The notes under the pieces: model-generated
What the model was told of the DNA's origin: nothing
The model's database searches: none
Seen by the model: the letters and a program-made list of their open reading frames with translations, nothing else
From: an uncultured Deferribacteres bacterium
GTDB lineage: Bacteria > Zhuqueibacterota > Zhuqueibacteria > Zhuqueibacterales > Geothermadaptataceae
DNA length: 51,308 nucleotides
Assembly: GCA_964014485.1 (NCBI GenBank)
Contig: CAXHAT010000028.1
Coordinates: 1-51,308, forward strand
Direction of reading: 5' to 3'
Made by a program: the position numbers and the translations under genes
Part shown: one piece after another, positions 39,951-49,678 of the stretch
Position numbering within the stretch: position 1 is the stretch's first letter
Layout: every line of letters starts with the position of its first letter

Positions 39951-41735
39951 ATGTTTTCAAGACGCGTATTTTGGCTCATAATCTTATTTTTTGCTTGCGG
40001 TTTTTCGTCGATTTTGGCGCAAGCTCAAACGAAGAACTTCACTGAAAGAATACGGAGTCTGTACAATCTCGACAGTTTTGAGAAGCAGGGGGTTGATTTT
40101 GAGAAGACCTACATGCAGCTTCTCTACGAAGCCAGTGATTCGCAATTTGAAGCTGAGTTTGAGCCTGAATTTAAATTATTGCTTAGCGTCCGTCAAAAAG
40201 ACTATTATGAATCACTGACTTCCAGTCTGGAACGAAAGGACTTTATCACTCAATTCTGGCAAGCCCACGATCCCAATCCGCTGCTCGCCCAAAACGACCG
40301 CCTTCTGAGCCATCTTTTGCGCGTGGCTTACGTGCGCAAAAACTTTTCTACGCCAAAACATCCCTTTTTTGATGACCGAGGTCTTTATTACATTAAGTAC
40401 GGCGAACCTTCCGTGCGTTACACCGATCCCGGCGGAATTCGGCGCATTGCTTTTTTTACGCCTGATAATTACGACCGCATCACCAGCGCTTACTACACTT
40501 ACAAAAACGGCCCGCAACGAATGTATAGCGTTCCTTCCAATGAGTCTTGGGCCTATGAAAACATCTCCTCAAATTTTGTTGTACATTTTGTTTCCAAGGG
40601 CGCGGTTTTTCGCGAAGTTGCAAGCCTGTCCGAAATTATCCCTGTGCGCAGGCGCGCAAACATGGCGTGGCAATGGAGCGATTTAATCAAGAAGCGCGCG
40701 TCGATATCGCCGGCATTGAGCGAGACCGCAGCGGACATCAATCTTTTCGAAACTGAAGCTCTGATCGGCGGCAATGAATTGGCTACGGGCAATAGACTCA
40801 GCAACGGCTCTGCGCATAGAAAAATTATAGAATCCCTCGAAGTGCGTGATAAAGAGCTGGTCAGGTCGAGACGCGATGTTCCGGCAACATCTTATCAGCC
40901 TCTTTTTGCAAAAAGCAGGATCAGGTTTTCAGCAACGACGGCTCAGTTTAGGGGGGCGGGGAATAATACCAGAGTTGAGGTTAATTATTACGTTCCGGTG
41001 CAAGCTAATTTCCCGATGGACTTCGAGTCGCAATACACTTTGTCGCTTGAATACGGCGGGATGCTGAGAAACCGTGTTTTTACGCCTTTGGCAAATACGC
41101 GAGCGACAAGGCGTTCGCCGATTTCGTCAGTCAAACAAGAATCGACTCCATTTCTGGCGGAAACGATCGTTTTGGAGTCGGCGGCGCAAACTGCTGAATT
41201 GACTCTGCAGGTTAAAGATGATTCATTGGGATTCGTCGGTTTTTCCAAGAGCAATTTGGAAATCCGCAGCTTCGAGAGCAAAGACTTGGCTGTCAGCGAT
41301 ATTCAATATTATTCCGAACCTGAAAATGAGATTGAGCAAAATTTCTTGCCGCAAATTGAAAAGCAAGGGCTGCAACTGATACCATATCCCGAATTGAAAA
41401 TAAGTAAGGCGCGTCCATTTTTCTGCTATTTTGAAGTTTATAATTTGAAAGCCGCGGGAATTGAAGACGCCTTCCAGATTTCTTATCGCATTTCAACAGC
41501 GACAAAAGACGGCGGGTTTTTACAGAAAATGTCCAAATTGCTGTCGCGCTCCAAACAAAGCTCTATCAGCCTGTCTCTTGAGCAGCAAGTCGACCAGGAT
41601 TATTCCGAAGAGGTTATCCTGATTGATCTGAGCAACCTTGAAAACGGATGGCATGTACTTGAAATTACAGTTTCCGACCCCAAAAATTCGAGCATTAAAG
41701 CGACCACGAAGCGCGGCTTAACGATCAAGAATTGA
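39951..41735 (+). CDS. GWxTD domain-containing protein
   Basis: FITQFWQAHDPNP...N...H..RVAY...DDRGLYYIKYGEP; signal peptide from 39951. Confidence 0.78.
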   Translation: MFSRRVFWLIILFFACGFSSILAQAQTKNFTERIRSLYNLDSFEKQGVDFEKTYMQLLYEASDSQFEAEFEPEFKLLLSVRQKDYYESLTSSLERKDFITQFWQAHDPNPLLAQNDRLLSHLLRVAYVRKNFSTPKHPFFDDRGLYYIKYGEPSVRYTDPGGIRRIAFFTPDNYDRITSAYYTYKNGPQRMYSVPSNESWAYENISSNFVVHFVSKGAVFREVASLSEIIPVRRRANMAWQWSDLIKKRASISPALSETAADINLFETEALIGGNELATGNRLSNGSAHRKIIESLEVRDKELVRSRRDVPATSYQPLFAKSRIRFSATTAQFRGAGNNTRVEVNYYVPVQANFPMDFESQYTLSLEYGGMLRNRVFTPLANTRATRRSPISSVKQESTPFLAETIVLESAAQTAELTLQVKDDSLGFVGFSKSNLEIRSFESKDLAVSDIQYYSEPENEIEQNFLPQIEKQGLQLIPYPELKISKARPFFCYFEVYNLKAAGIEDAFQISYRISTATKDGGFLQKMSKLLSRSKQSSISLSLEQQVDQDYSEEVILIDLSNLENGWHVLEITVSDPKNSSIKATTKRGLTIKN

Positions 41736-41863
41736 GTTTATTGCAAATTGCTTTACGCAGCGTCCCGGAAGTTCGACAAGCTTGATTTTCTCTATTTTTC
41801 TCTTTCCTTGAATTTTGTATCTTTGCTCAATCGGCCCAGTTGCAATAAACCAAAGGTGAATGT

Positions 41864-42364
41864 GTGAAAACCTTTGTCAAGCTCGCATTTTTATTTGCGA
41901 TCTCAATCTTCATCTCCAGTTGCTCTTCTTCGAAGCCCGCAAAACAAGGGCGCCAGGGAAAGATAAAATCCTATGACATTGCGTCCGGAACAACGCGTGA
42001 CGATCTTGTCGGACAGAGCATCATTATACTTTCCGGCTATAGTTATACGATGGACTATGTGAACTCCAGCAGCAATCACGGGGCGCTTCAAACGCATTGG
42101 CGCTATTCGCGTCAGGAGTTCAAGACTGAAGACGCAAGCAGCGAGATACAACTACGAGATCGCGCCGTCATTCATCTCACCGCGCGAACCGTACAAGGCC
42201 GCGAAAAAGTAAAGAGCAGAATAACGTTTGAATTGAATATGCGCGCGTCGGGAGATGACAAATGGACCAGAATAACTCCGGGCTCGGAATTTGAGAACGA
42301 ATACTTGCAAATCGTCGATCAAATTCAGGGACGTTTACGCCGACTAGGGTATATTTTCAATTGA
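41864..42364 (+). CDS. Hypothetical lipoprotein
   Basis: ISSC lipobox, 166 aa; stop overlaps the rpe start. Confidence 0.65.
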   Translation: MKTFVKLAFLFAISIFISSCSSSKPAKQGRQGKIKSYDIASGTTRDDLVGQSIIILSGYSYTMDYVNSSSNHGALQTHWRYSRQEFKTEDASSEIQLRDRAVIHLTARTVQGREKVKSRITFELNMRASGDDKWTRITPGSEFENEYLQIVDQIQGRLRRLGYIFN

Positions 42365-43053
42365 CGTTTACAACCGGGAAACCCGCCATGATCGCTCCGT
42401 CCATCCTTTCCGCTGATTTTGCAAAACTTGCCGAAGACGTTCAAATTGTTGAAAACGCCGGCGCTGACTGGATTCACACTGACGTGATGGACGGACATTT
42501 TGTGCCCAACATCACTTTTGGGCCAGTGGTGATCAAAGCATTACGTCTGCATTCAAAGCTCCCTTTCGACGTACATCTGATGATTGAAAATCCGGATGAC
42601 TACCTTGACGATTTCGTCGATGCAGGGGCGGACTATATTTCCGTGCATGTGGAAGCCTGCAAGCATTTGCATCGCACGCTGCAAGCGATCCGAGAGAAGG
42701 GCGCGAAGGCTGGTGTTGCGCTGAATCCGCACACGCCGTTGTCTGCAATTGAAGAAGTTCTCTCGGAAATTGATTTGATTGTCATCATGTCCGTTAACCC
42801 TGGTTTTGGCGGGCAGAAATTTGTTCCGAATTCAATCGGAAAGATTAAGCGTGCTAGAAGAATGCTCGAAGAACGCGGGTATGGAAAAGTCAAGTTGGAG
42901 GTTGACGGCGGCGTGACATTGGAAAATGCGACGGCGGTTGCAGCGGCTGGAGCAGACGTTCTGGTTGCGGGCAGCGCTATTTTTGGAGCGCCAAACCCGG
43001 CCAGTGCGGTAGAAAAGTTTATAGATTCAACTTCAAGAATATTCGAAAAATGA
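42361..43053 (+). CDS. rpe: Ribulose-phosphate 3-epimerase
   Basis: [43 protein letters not shown]. Confidence 0.96.
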   Translation: MTFTTGKPAMIAPSILSADFAKLAEDVQIVENAGADWIHTDVMDGHFVPNITFGPVVIKALRLHSKLPFDVHLMIENPDDYLDDFVDAGADYISVHVEACKHLHRTLQAIREKGAKAGVALNPHTPLSAIEEVLSEIDLIVIMSVNPGFGGQKFVPNSIGKIKRARRMLEERGYGKVKLEVDGGVTLENATAVAAAGADVLVAGSAIFGAPNPASAVEKFIDSTSRIFEK

Positions 43054-43514
43054 GAGTTTTAATCATGCACTTCAAAACGTTCTTAAAAATTATCCTCGCC
43101 GCGCTCTTAATCTCGTGCGGAGAGCCAAAACCTGCGCCGGAAAAAACGGCTTCTGATTCTGTGGCGCAGCAGGGCGTCTCACAATCCTTCATTGACGTTT
43201 CCGCTGACTCGGCTTTTGCACTCATCCAAAAGCACGCCAGCGATTCAAATTTTGTCGTCCTGGATATTCGAACGCCGGCTGAATATGAACGGGAGCACAT
43301 TCCAAACGCAAAGATGGTGAATTTCCGCGCCGACGATTTTTCGCAAAACCTTGAGATGCTCGATAAGCAAAAAACGTACGTCGTGCATTGCGCCTCGGGC
43401 AGACGCAGCGCGCAAGCCATAAAAGTGATGCAAGAGCTGGGATTTGAAAAAGTGTATCACATGAATCGCGGGATGCGTCAGTGGCAGGAGAAAAAATTGC
43501 CGTTGGAAAAATGA
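43050..43514 (+). CDS. Rhodanese-like domain lipoprotein
   Basis: LISC lipobox, LDIRTPAEY...[13 protein letters not shown]. Confidence 0.85.
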   Translation: MRVLIMHFKTFLKIILAALLISCGEPKPAPEKTASDSVAQQGVSQSFIDVSADSAFALIQKHASDSNFVVLDIRTPAEYEREHIPNAKMVNFRADDFSQNLEMLDKQKTYVVHCASGRRSAQAIKVMQELGFEKVYHMNRGMRQWQEKKLPLEK

Positions 43515-43688
43515 AACGATGCGTGAAGTAGTGGATTATTGGAAGCGCAGCTTTCCATTATGCGTCCAGATTCTCCCAAGATTCCAATAATCCATTGCTC
43601 TGATTTATTCAGCTTCCCAATCACCCTTGCGGTCTTAATCGAAATGCAACTGGATAACCTCGCTGTAGCTGTCGAAAAGGTCCCGGTT

Positions 43689-43779
43689 TGTCATTCTGGA
43701 AGAATCTTTGTTATCGCCCAGTACCAGATTATGCTCAAAAGTTCAAGGGTAGGTCTAAAAAGATGCTTCCAGCATGACA
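43689..43779 (-). repeat. Palindromic repeat copy 2 (91-bp core)
   Basis: Minus strand TGTCATGCTGGAAGCATCTTT...AAAGATTCTTCCAGAATGACA. Confidence 0.8.
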
Positions 43780-43813
43780 TGTTTGGGGTGGCGTCAGTCT
43801 CGCCAGGGTAAGG

Positions 43814-45046
43814 TTACTCAGTTGCCGGGTTCATCATCCTTCCTGCAAAGACAATCGACTCCGAATGCATGTCGTGAATGATAAAAACAAAGGGGCGATC
43901 AAGCGTCATTCGCGGGATGACGGGGATGGACGTCTCGACGATTTCCACCGAAGTCGCTGCGGCCGCTTCAGTGCCTTCCTCATTGACCTCCACAAATGTT
44001 TTGTGTTTCACTTCGTCGATTTTCAACCGACTGCCTGCTGAGATGCGCGAAAAATCTGCATTGTCGCTGAAAGCTATGCCCATCCCCATCGTTTTCAAAA
44101 CATCGTTGAGTTGAATTTCATATTCCAGTTTGAATTTCGGCATGGCGAGTTCAACTTCCTGCTCTCTAAAGCTGTTGAGCATTGACTGCCACTCGGCCGC
44201 ATCGAGAGAAGTAATGAAAGCGTTAATATCCTCGCCTTCTTTGGGCAGGATGGCCATCATCCGAAATCCCGCATCGCCGTAAGGCAGGTCAATCGCCTGA
44301 AAGCCTTCCGTTTTTTGATAAAAATGCGTCTCAGTTGCATTCATCATATCGACTTCGAATTCCCCTCCGTTAGCGGCGCGGAACATCGCCTTACGGGTGT
44401 TTTTCTTGTCGAACTTGTACGTCCAATCGCCTTTGAAATAGATTGCATTGATCAAAAACATGATTGTATTTGAATCAATGCCGTCTTCTTTCACCAGGTC
44501 TTCAATTTTGCCTTTCGTCTTTTCTTTCACCCAATTGTTGATTTGTTTGGCGGAATTTGCGGCATTGCTAAAATCGATTTCTTCGACCTGAGCGTCGAAA
44601 AAATCCTTGTTTTGCTGGATGAAAAGCGATTCGACGTTGAAGTTTTGACGATACCAGATCGAGTTGGCAACGTTGAATTGAACTTTGGGGTCAAGTTTTG
44701 TAAGCAATTCGGACAGGCCTTTGTAGGACTGATTGATCTCATCGTTAGACATGCCGGTAAATCCAAGAACCGCCTCCATATCGTCCTTGGTTTGGCCGCT
44801 GGCGCCGTTAAGCGTCATGCCCAGCGCCATCGAAACGCTGAAGGGCGAGACGAAGAGATTCTCATTGGCGTCCTCAGCGGCAACGACTTGAAAGAACTCA
44901 AGACCAAAATCATTTGCCGCCCCGACGACTTGCTTTTCTAACGTCGTCAGTTCTCTGGATTCGCCTGGCCCGGTTCCGTTGCTGCAGGAAAAAAGCGCTG
45001 CGCTGAACATTGCCGTTAGCGCGACCAGGAAAATTCGTGCTTTCAT
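43814..45046 (-). CDS. Serpin family lipoprotein
   Basis: SPFSVSMAL, INAIYFKGDW, EEGTEAAAAT hinge, DRPFVFII; LFSC lipobox. Confidence 0.93.
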   Translation of the reverse strand: MKARIFLVALTAMFSAALFSCSNGTGPGESRELTTLEKQVVGAANDFGLEFFQVVAAEDANENLFVSPFSVSMALGMTLNGASGQTKDDMEAVLGFTGMSNDEINQSYKGLSELLTKLDPKVQFNVANSIWYRQNFNVESLFIQQNKDFFDAQVEEIDFSNAANSAKQINNWVKEKTKGKIEDLVKEDGIDSNTIMFLINAIYFKGDWTYKFDKKNTRKAMFRAANGGEFEVDMMNATETHFYQKTEGFQAIDLPYGDAGFRMMAILPKEGEDINAFITSLDAAEWQSMLNSFREQEVELAMPKFKLEYEIQLNDVLKTMGMGIAFSDNADFSRISAGSRLKIDEVKHKTFVEVNEEGTEAAAATSVEIVETSIPVIPRMTLDRPFVFIIHDMHSESIVFAGRMMNPATE

Positions 45047-45133
45047 GATAACCTCAAAATTTTTTTAAAAATGTCATGTCGTGCGTTTACACAATGATGA
45101 CAAACGCAAGCCTGGCGCCAGACAAATCTGACC

Positions 45134-46177
45134 TTATGCAGCACGGATTTGAGCGTGATCTGGCTTCCGCGAACCGATGCGCAGTTCAAACTTTTGCTTC
45201 TTTGCTAAAGAATTTGAGCGTGTACTCTCGGGCCGAGCGAGCAAATGATTTGGGCCAGATGATTTACGCAGCTCCTTACCGAGAAATTGCGCCAAAGCTT
45301 CCATGCCGGTTTTCGGTACTTTTGCACGGCTTTCAGCCAGACTGTTGTAGTTTGTGTTCGTGTTCACGTCATAAGTAAATATTTTCCCTGAAGCGTTTCT
45401 GATGAACTCAATCCCGGCCGCTTCAATCTTGTTTTGCCGAAGAAACGTTTCGTATTTTTTGATCAATTCGGGGTGTGTGCGTTCAAAATGTTTGACGATT
45501 CGAAATTTCTCTTGTTGTGCATCCAGGTTGCAGGCGTCCGCCGGGCACAACTCAAAGCCGTCGGAGGTATCGACGCGTGCGGCATATAAAAATTTTCCCC
45601 CGATAAATTCGCATCGTGTGATGAACGGCTCGGGTGAAGCGATGTATTCCTGGATCAACCAAACGCCGTCGACCGGCTCTTCATAATTCGGGCTATTGAG
45701 AAATTCCTGCGCTTGCTGAATTGAATAAAAGAGCTGAACGCCCGCACCTTTGCCGCCGCGATTGGGCTTTAAGATAAAAGGCGCGGCTGTGAAGCGTATG
45801 ATAGAAGAAAGTATGTTTTCTTTGCCGACCACCGCCGCTGTTTTTGGCGTTTTAACGCCCGCTTCCTCCAGCGCTGCATACTGTTCAATCTTGCTCAATT
45901 CCAATTGCAGCGCACGGCTGCCGTTAATAATGCGGCGACCGTGTTTTTCTAACCAATTCAAAGTCAAAAAAGTCAGGTCAGGGGCAAATCGATTCCCGCG
46001 CGTATGCGCCGAAGCGCTCATCCGATTGTAAAACACGCCTTTGGGCGGCTCTTGCTCAAAAAAGACCGCGCCGTTGTTCAGGTTCCATGCCTGCCAAGGC
46101 AACTTGTGGGCGGCGAATGCTTGTTCCAGCGGTGAAATCCATTCTGGGTTCTCGTGCAAAACATAGATTCGTTTCAT
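45134..46177 (-). CDS. RimK/glutathione-synthase-like ATP-grasp ligase, substrate unknown
   Basis: NRMSAS, KPNRGGKGAGV, IQEYI, YDVNTNTNYN; GGAG RBS. Confidence 0.82.
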   Translation of the reverse strand: MKRIYVLHENPEWISPLEQAFAAHKLPWQAWNLNNGAVFFEQEPPKGVFYNRMSASAHTRGNRFAPDLTFLTLNWLEKHGRRIINGSRALQLELSKIEQYAALEEAGVKTPKTAAVVGKENILSSIIRFTAAPFILKPNRGGKGAGVQLFYSIQQAQEFLNSPNYEEPVDGVWLIQEYIASPEPFITRCEFIGGKFLYAARVDTSDGFELCPADACNLDAQQEKFRIVKHFERTHPELIKKYETFLRQNKIEAAGIEFIRNASGKIFTYDVNTNTNYNSLAESRAKVPKTGMEALAQFLGKELRKSSGPNHLLARPESTRSNSLAKKQKFELRIGSRKPDHAQIRAA

Positions 46178-46221
46178 TGATTACTCCATCGTGTGAAAAG
46201 TGGGTGATTTATTCGAGACCG

Positions 46222-46267
46222 AAATAAAAAAGCCCGCTGTCCGAACTTGCGCCGGACAGCGGGCTTT
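46222..46267 (-). terminator. Attenuator-type terminator 2
   Basis: Perfect 15-bp stem AAAGCCCGCTGTCCG/CGGACAGCGGGCTTT plus TTTATTT, between leader 2 and the ATP-grasp start. Confidence 0.85.
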
Positions 46268-46297
46268 AAGATTGATACGCTTAATTTTAGCGTTCTA

Positions 46298-46414
46298 TCA
46301 ACTGCTATTCAGCCTCATCAGACGACAACAGGACGCACGACAACACATCATACACATGCAACACATGCAGTGAATTGTCATGATCACGTTTTTGTCCTTA
46401 GCGGCTGTTGCCAT
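46298..46414 (-). CDS. Cys/Met-rich leader peptide 2 (38 aa)
   Basis: MATAAKDKNVIMTIHCMCCMCMMCCRASCCRLMRLNSS: 8 Cys, 7 Met; terminator about 30 nt downstream. Confidence 0.75.
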   Translation of the reverse strand: MATAAKDKNVIMTIHCMCCMCMMCCRASCCRLMRLNSS

Positions 46415-46523
46415 TTTAGCTTTGAATTGGGTTCTTAATTGATTCTCTGCGGCGATCCGAAACCGCCTTAATTGAATTGAACGCTTTAACACGTTGTAGT
46501 CCTTGAAAATTTCTCTATAACGC

Positions 46524-46562
46524 AAAAACCCGCTGTCGAAATGAATCGGCAGCGGGTTTTTT
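46524..46562 (-). terminator. Attenuator-type terminator 1
   Basis: AAAAACCCGCTGCCGA-TTCATT-TCGACAGCGGGTTTTT. Confidence 0.8.
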
Positions 46563-46599
46563 GTAGACTGTAAGCTTCTAATTGATCGCTAAATTCCCG

Positions 46600-46689
46600 C
46601 TACCCAAATTGCATAAAGTGCATTTTGCCCATGGAGCAATGCATCATTGCGACGGTCATTTGTGCGGGCGTGTAGCGGTAAGAAGTCAT
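46600..46689 (-). CDS. Met-rich leader peptide 1 (29 aa, absent from the ORF track)
   Basis: MTSYRYTPAQMTVAMMHCSMGKMHFMQFG*: 7 Met, 1 Cys; terminator about 38 nt downstream. Confidence 0.7.
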   Translation of the reverse strand: MTSYRYTPAQMTVAMMHCSMGKMHFMQFG

Positions 46690-46887
46690 CGTATATTTGA
46701 ATTGCTATATTTTCGGGAAAACCTTTTTTGATGGCGGGCAATATAATCCGGAACCGAATTGCGCGCAAACAATTTCTGCAAATTCTCTATTTTTCTGTGA
46801 AAGATTTGTGATAGTCAAAGCGTTATATTTTTTGATATTCAAAATTGAAAACCAGACTCTTTCGATTCTTAACCTTCGGAACGAACA

Positions 46888-47667
46888 ATGACAATGAAAA
46901 TCGCGCTCAGCGTCGGAGCAATGCTGCTCATTGGCGCAACAGCAACAAAGTTCAATAATCAACCGCTCGAAAGTACCGAAACCAGCGGTGACAACGGCAA
47001 TAAACCGTTCGCTGTGGTGGAGCTTTTTACCTCGGAAAGTTGCTCAAGCTGCCCTCCGGCGGATAAGTTCGCCGGGGAGCTGGCGGAAAAATATAAAGAT
47101 CAAAACGTTTATGTGCTCGCTTTCCACGTTGATTACTGGAATCACCTGAATTGGAAAGATCGCTTTAGCAAGCGCGAATTTACCGAGCGCCAGCAAGACT
47201 ATGGCCGCGCGATGCGTCTGCGAACCATCTACACGCCGCAAATGATTGTCAACGGCAAGACGGAATTCGTTGGCTCGCAGCGCAGCAAGGCGACGAGCGC
47301 GATTGCCGATGCACTGCAATCGGAAAAAGGAGCGCCGCTTGAGCTTGAATTGTCAAGCAATCCTTTATCGCGCGTCTGGCAGGTGGATTATAAAACCAGG
47401 TATGGTTTGCAAAACGCCGTGGTCAATGTCGCCGTTGTTGAGAACGATCTGGTGCGAAAAATCGGTTCAGGCGAGAATCGCGGATTGACGCTGCATCTTG
47501 ATGCTGTGGTCAGAAGCTTTGCCGCTGTAAACCTTAAAAAACAAAACAGCGGGACCGTCCGATTGGAGGTTCCAGATGATTTAAAACGCGAAAACAGTCA
47601 GATCATCGCTTTCGTTCAGGATCGAAAAACGCTCGAAATTTTAGGTGCGGCAAAGCTTGGGTTGTAA
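46888..47667 (+). CDS. DUF1223 family secreted thioredoxin-like protein
   Basis: VVELFTSESCSSCPPAD, FHVDYWN, YTPQMIVNG, GENRG. Confidence 0.88.
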   Translation: MTMKIALSVGAMLLIGATATKFNNQPLESTETSGDNGNKPFAVVELFTSESCSSCPPADKFAGELAEKYKDQNVYVLAFHVDYWNHLNWKDRFSKREFTERQQDYGRAMRLRTIYTPQMIVNGKTEFVGSQRSKATSAIADALQSEKGAPLELELSSNPLSRVWQVDYKTRYGLQNAVVNVAVVENDLVRKIGSGENRGLTLHLDAVVRSFAAVNLKKQNSGTVRLEVPDDLKRENSQIIAFVQDRKTLEILGAAKLGL

Positions 47668-47695
47668 TTCTCAGCGCATCACGATGGAGCTCGTT

Positions 47696-48238
47696 TCACA
47701 AACCTGCTTCCCCGAAATGTTCATAGTAAGAGTCGGCGAGTGCGTCGTGAAATCCCCAACCCATTCCTGCTGTATCTTTCACAATTTGTTGCAGCCGCGA
47801 GTCAAATTTCTCGAATAGGTTCTCCTTCCGGACGTATTCGAGAGCGCTTTCGTACATGCTCTCCATACTGTTATAAAACGGTTCATCGATGTCGCCTAAA
47901 TCGTTGGTGCATTCAACGCCGGCTTCGACGTAGGTGATCATGATATCCGCAATTCCGGCGGTTGAAGCGGAAACTTTTTTATAATCGGAAACTGCCTTGC
48001 GCGCCACAGAGAGACGGAGTTCTGGAAAAGGGTTTCTGCCGCTTGGAACAAACTCTTTGCGGATGATCTTTTTGTACTTTTGCAGTACGGCGGAGTCGTC
48101 GTGAAAGAATGAGGCCTGATAATACTCTTTCACCTGAGAGAATTTCTTGTAGAGATGCGCAATCTCTTCGACCAATTCGTACTGCGTTTTTTTTCGCAGT
48201 TGTTTCTTAAGCTCTATGAGAGAAGGTTTTTTTGCCAT
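47696..48238 (-). CDS. Conserved hypothetical protein (DUF6155-like)
   Basis: VKEYY, GDIDEPFYNSME, GWGFHD pattern. Confidence 0.7.
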   Translation of the reverse strand: MAKKPSLIELKKQLRKKTQYELVEEIAHLYKKFSQVKEYYQASFFHDDSAVLQKYKKIIRKEFVPSGRNPFPELRLSVARKAVSDYKKVSASTAGIADIMITYVEAGVECTNDLGDIDEPFYNSMESMYESALEYVRKENLFEKFDSRLQQIVKDTAGMGWGFHDALADSYYEHFGEAGL

Positions 48239-48340
48239 TTTACATCCTTCGAATAAGTATTGGCGCTATGTGAAAAGCTCAAATTCCAACTTTGCAATTC
48301 TTCTCACAAACGAAATCCTGCTTGCTGCATGCGTTATGAT

Positions 48341-49624
48341 CTACCGCCGCCGCGCCTTGAGGAAAACGTCAATGTTTCCGGGCCGGTCATTGATGAAATG
48401 AAGGCGGATTCTGCCGTTTTCCGCTTCATCGACGACGGCGGGGATCGAACTTGTCGTGAGAAACCAGCCTTCCGGCAGCAGAACCGTGTTGTGCGCTCGG
48501 CCAAAACTGCGATCCCAAACCAAAGTTTCGCCGACAAGCAGGTAGCGATTCGGATCAGTGTAAGTCTCCGCAATCCGCAGCCGCGTCGACTGCCCCTTTT
48601 TCACCGGGTCAAACCAGATGACGACGACCTCGGTTTCCGCATCGACGCGCTCCGCCGGAAGAATGCCGCGTTGAGCAATTTCTTCGCCTTTGAGCTGCTC
48701 GACTTTTAGATTCTCGCCAGTGTCGAGATTGATCGCTGAAGGCTCGGAAGCCTTACTCCCTTTGCGTACAATGTTGAGGTATTTGTCCACGCCTTCTCGC
48801 GTCTCGGTGTAGTCGTGATAGAGAAAAAAGGAGTGCGTTTCCGGCGGATTCAGAAAATAGACGATCTCGCGATTTTGAAAAGCGCGCTCGCTAAAAGCAA
48901 AATTCGTTCGCGCGCCAATGGTTGAAGTGACGGAGCGCGTTTCTTCCCTGGGCTCAACCGCATTCAGTTTTTCCGGTGATGTTCTAACGCTATTTTCAGG
49001 CAAATGCCGTCCAGTAAGAGTAAGCGGTACGCCGGAGGGCCCGCGATTGAGAAAGCTGATTTTGATTCTGCCGTCCGCTTCCATCACAACTTGCGACGGA
49101 TAATTGCAGCCGATCAATTCAAAACCCTTTGGAAAAACCACGGCGTTTCTTTTTACGCCGAGCGTTCTTTTGAAGGTGACAGTATTGGCTTTACTGAAAT
49201 AACTTTTGGGGTCTTTGTAAACTTTGTCGATTCTAATGCGCGAGCCGCCTTTTTGAGGAACGGGACGCGCCAGTTCTACTTGAATGTACTGCCCGTTTTC
49301 ATTGGCGCGCGCATGTCCCGCCAGTTTTGCCGCTCCGCCGTCCGCAATTTTCCACGCAAGCTCTTTGCCGGTTTTCATGTCGTAAACAGCGTTGACCGCT
49401 GGTTCGCTGCCCGGGCGAATGGTGTTAAAATAGCGTCTCGCACCCGCCGCCGTCGCGGTGACGTCGTAAATGATGCGAAAGCTTTGCGTCTCGGGGTCGA
49501 GAAGTTCGTAGCGGGTATAGCCGTCTTCCTGGGTTTGCAGAATTGGCTGGGGTTGCGTCTGGCCCAAAGCCCAAGACGCGAGAATCAGGATTGAGAAAAA
49601 CGGCAGTTTCTGTGTCAAATTCAC
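48341..49624 (-). CDS. Secreted hypothetical protein with an internal domain duplication
   Basis: GAGGGAGG RBS before GTG 49624; signal peptide; YELLDPETQSFRIIYD vs YFLNPPETHSFFLYHD repeats. Confidence 0.75.
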   Translation of the reverse strand: MNLTQKLPFFSILILASWALGQTQPQPILQTQEDGYTRYELLDPETQSFRIIYDVTATAAGARRYFNTIRPGSEPAVNAVYDMKTGKELAWKIADGGAAKLAGHARANENGQYIQVELARPVPQKGGSRIRIDKVYKDPKSYFSKANTVTFKRTLGVKRNAVVFPKGFELIGCNYPSQVVMEADGRIKISFLNRGPSGVPLTLTGRHLPENSVRTSPEKLNAVEPREETRSVTSTIGARTNFAFSERAFQNREIVYFLNPPETHSFFLYHDYTETREGVDKYLNIVRKGSKASEPSAINLDTGENLKVEQLKGEEIAQRGILPAERVDAETEVVVIWFDPVKKGQSTRLRIAETYTDPNRYLLVGETLVWDRSFGRAHNTVLLPEGWFLTTSSIPAVVDEAENGRIRLHFINDRPGNIDVFLKARRR

Positions 49625-49678
49625 CTTTCCATCCTCCCTCGAAAAAGAAACGTACTGTGATTCTTCTGTTGACAATTA

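Noticed and set aside
43539..43811. 90-aa ORF
   Set aside because: Spans the palindromic repeat; no coding features.
46415..46525. N-terminal half of the 75-aa ORF-track call
   Set aside because: Starts inside terminator 1; the shared CAATTCAAA-N6-ATG context points to 46414 as the start.
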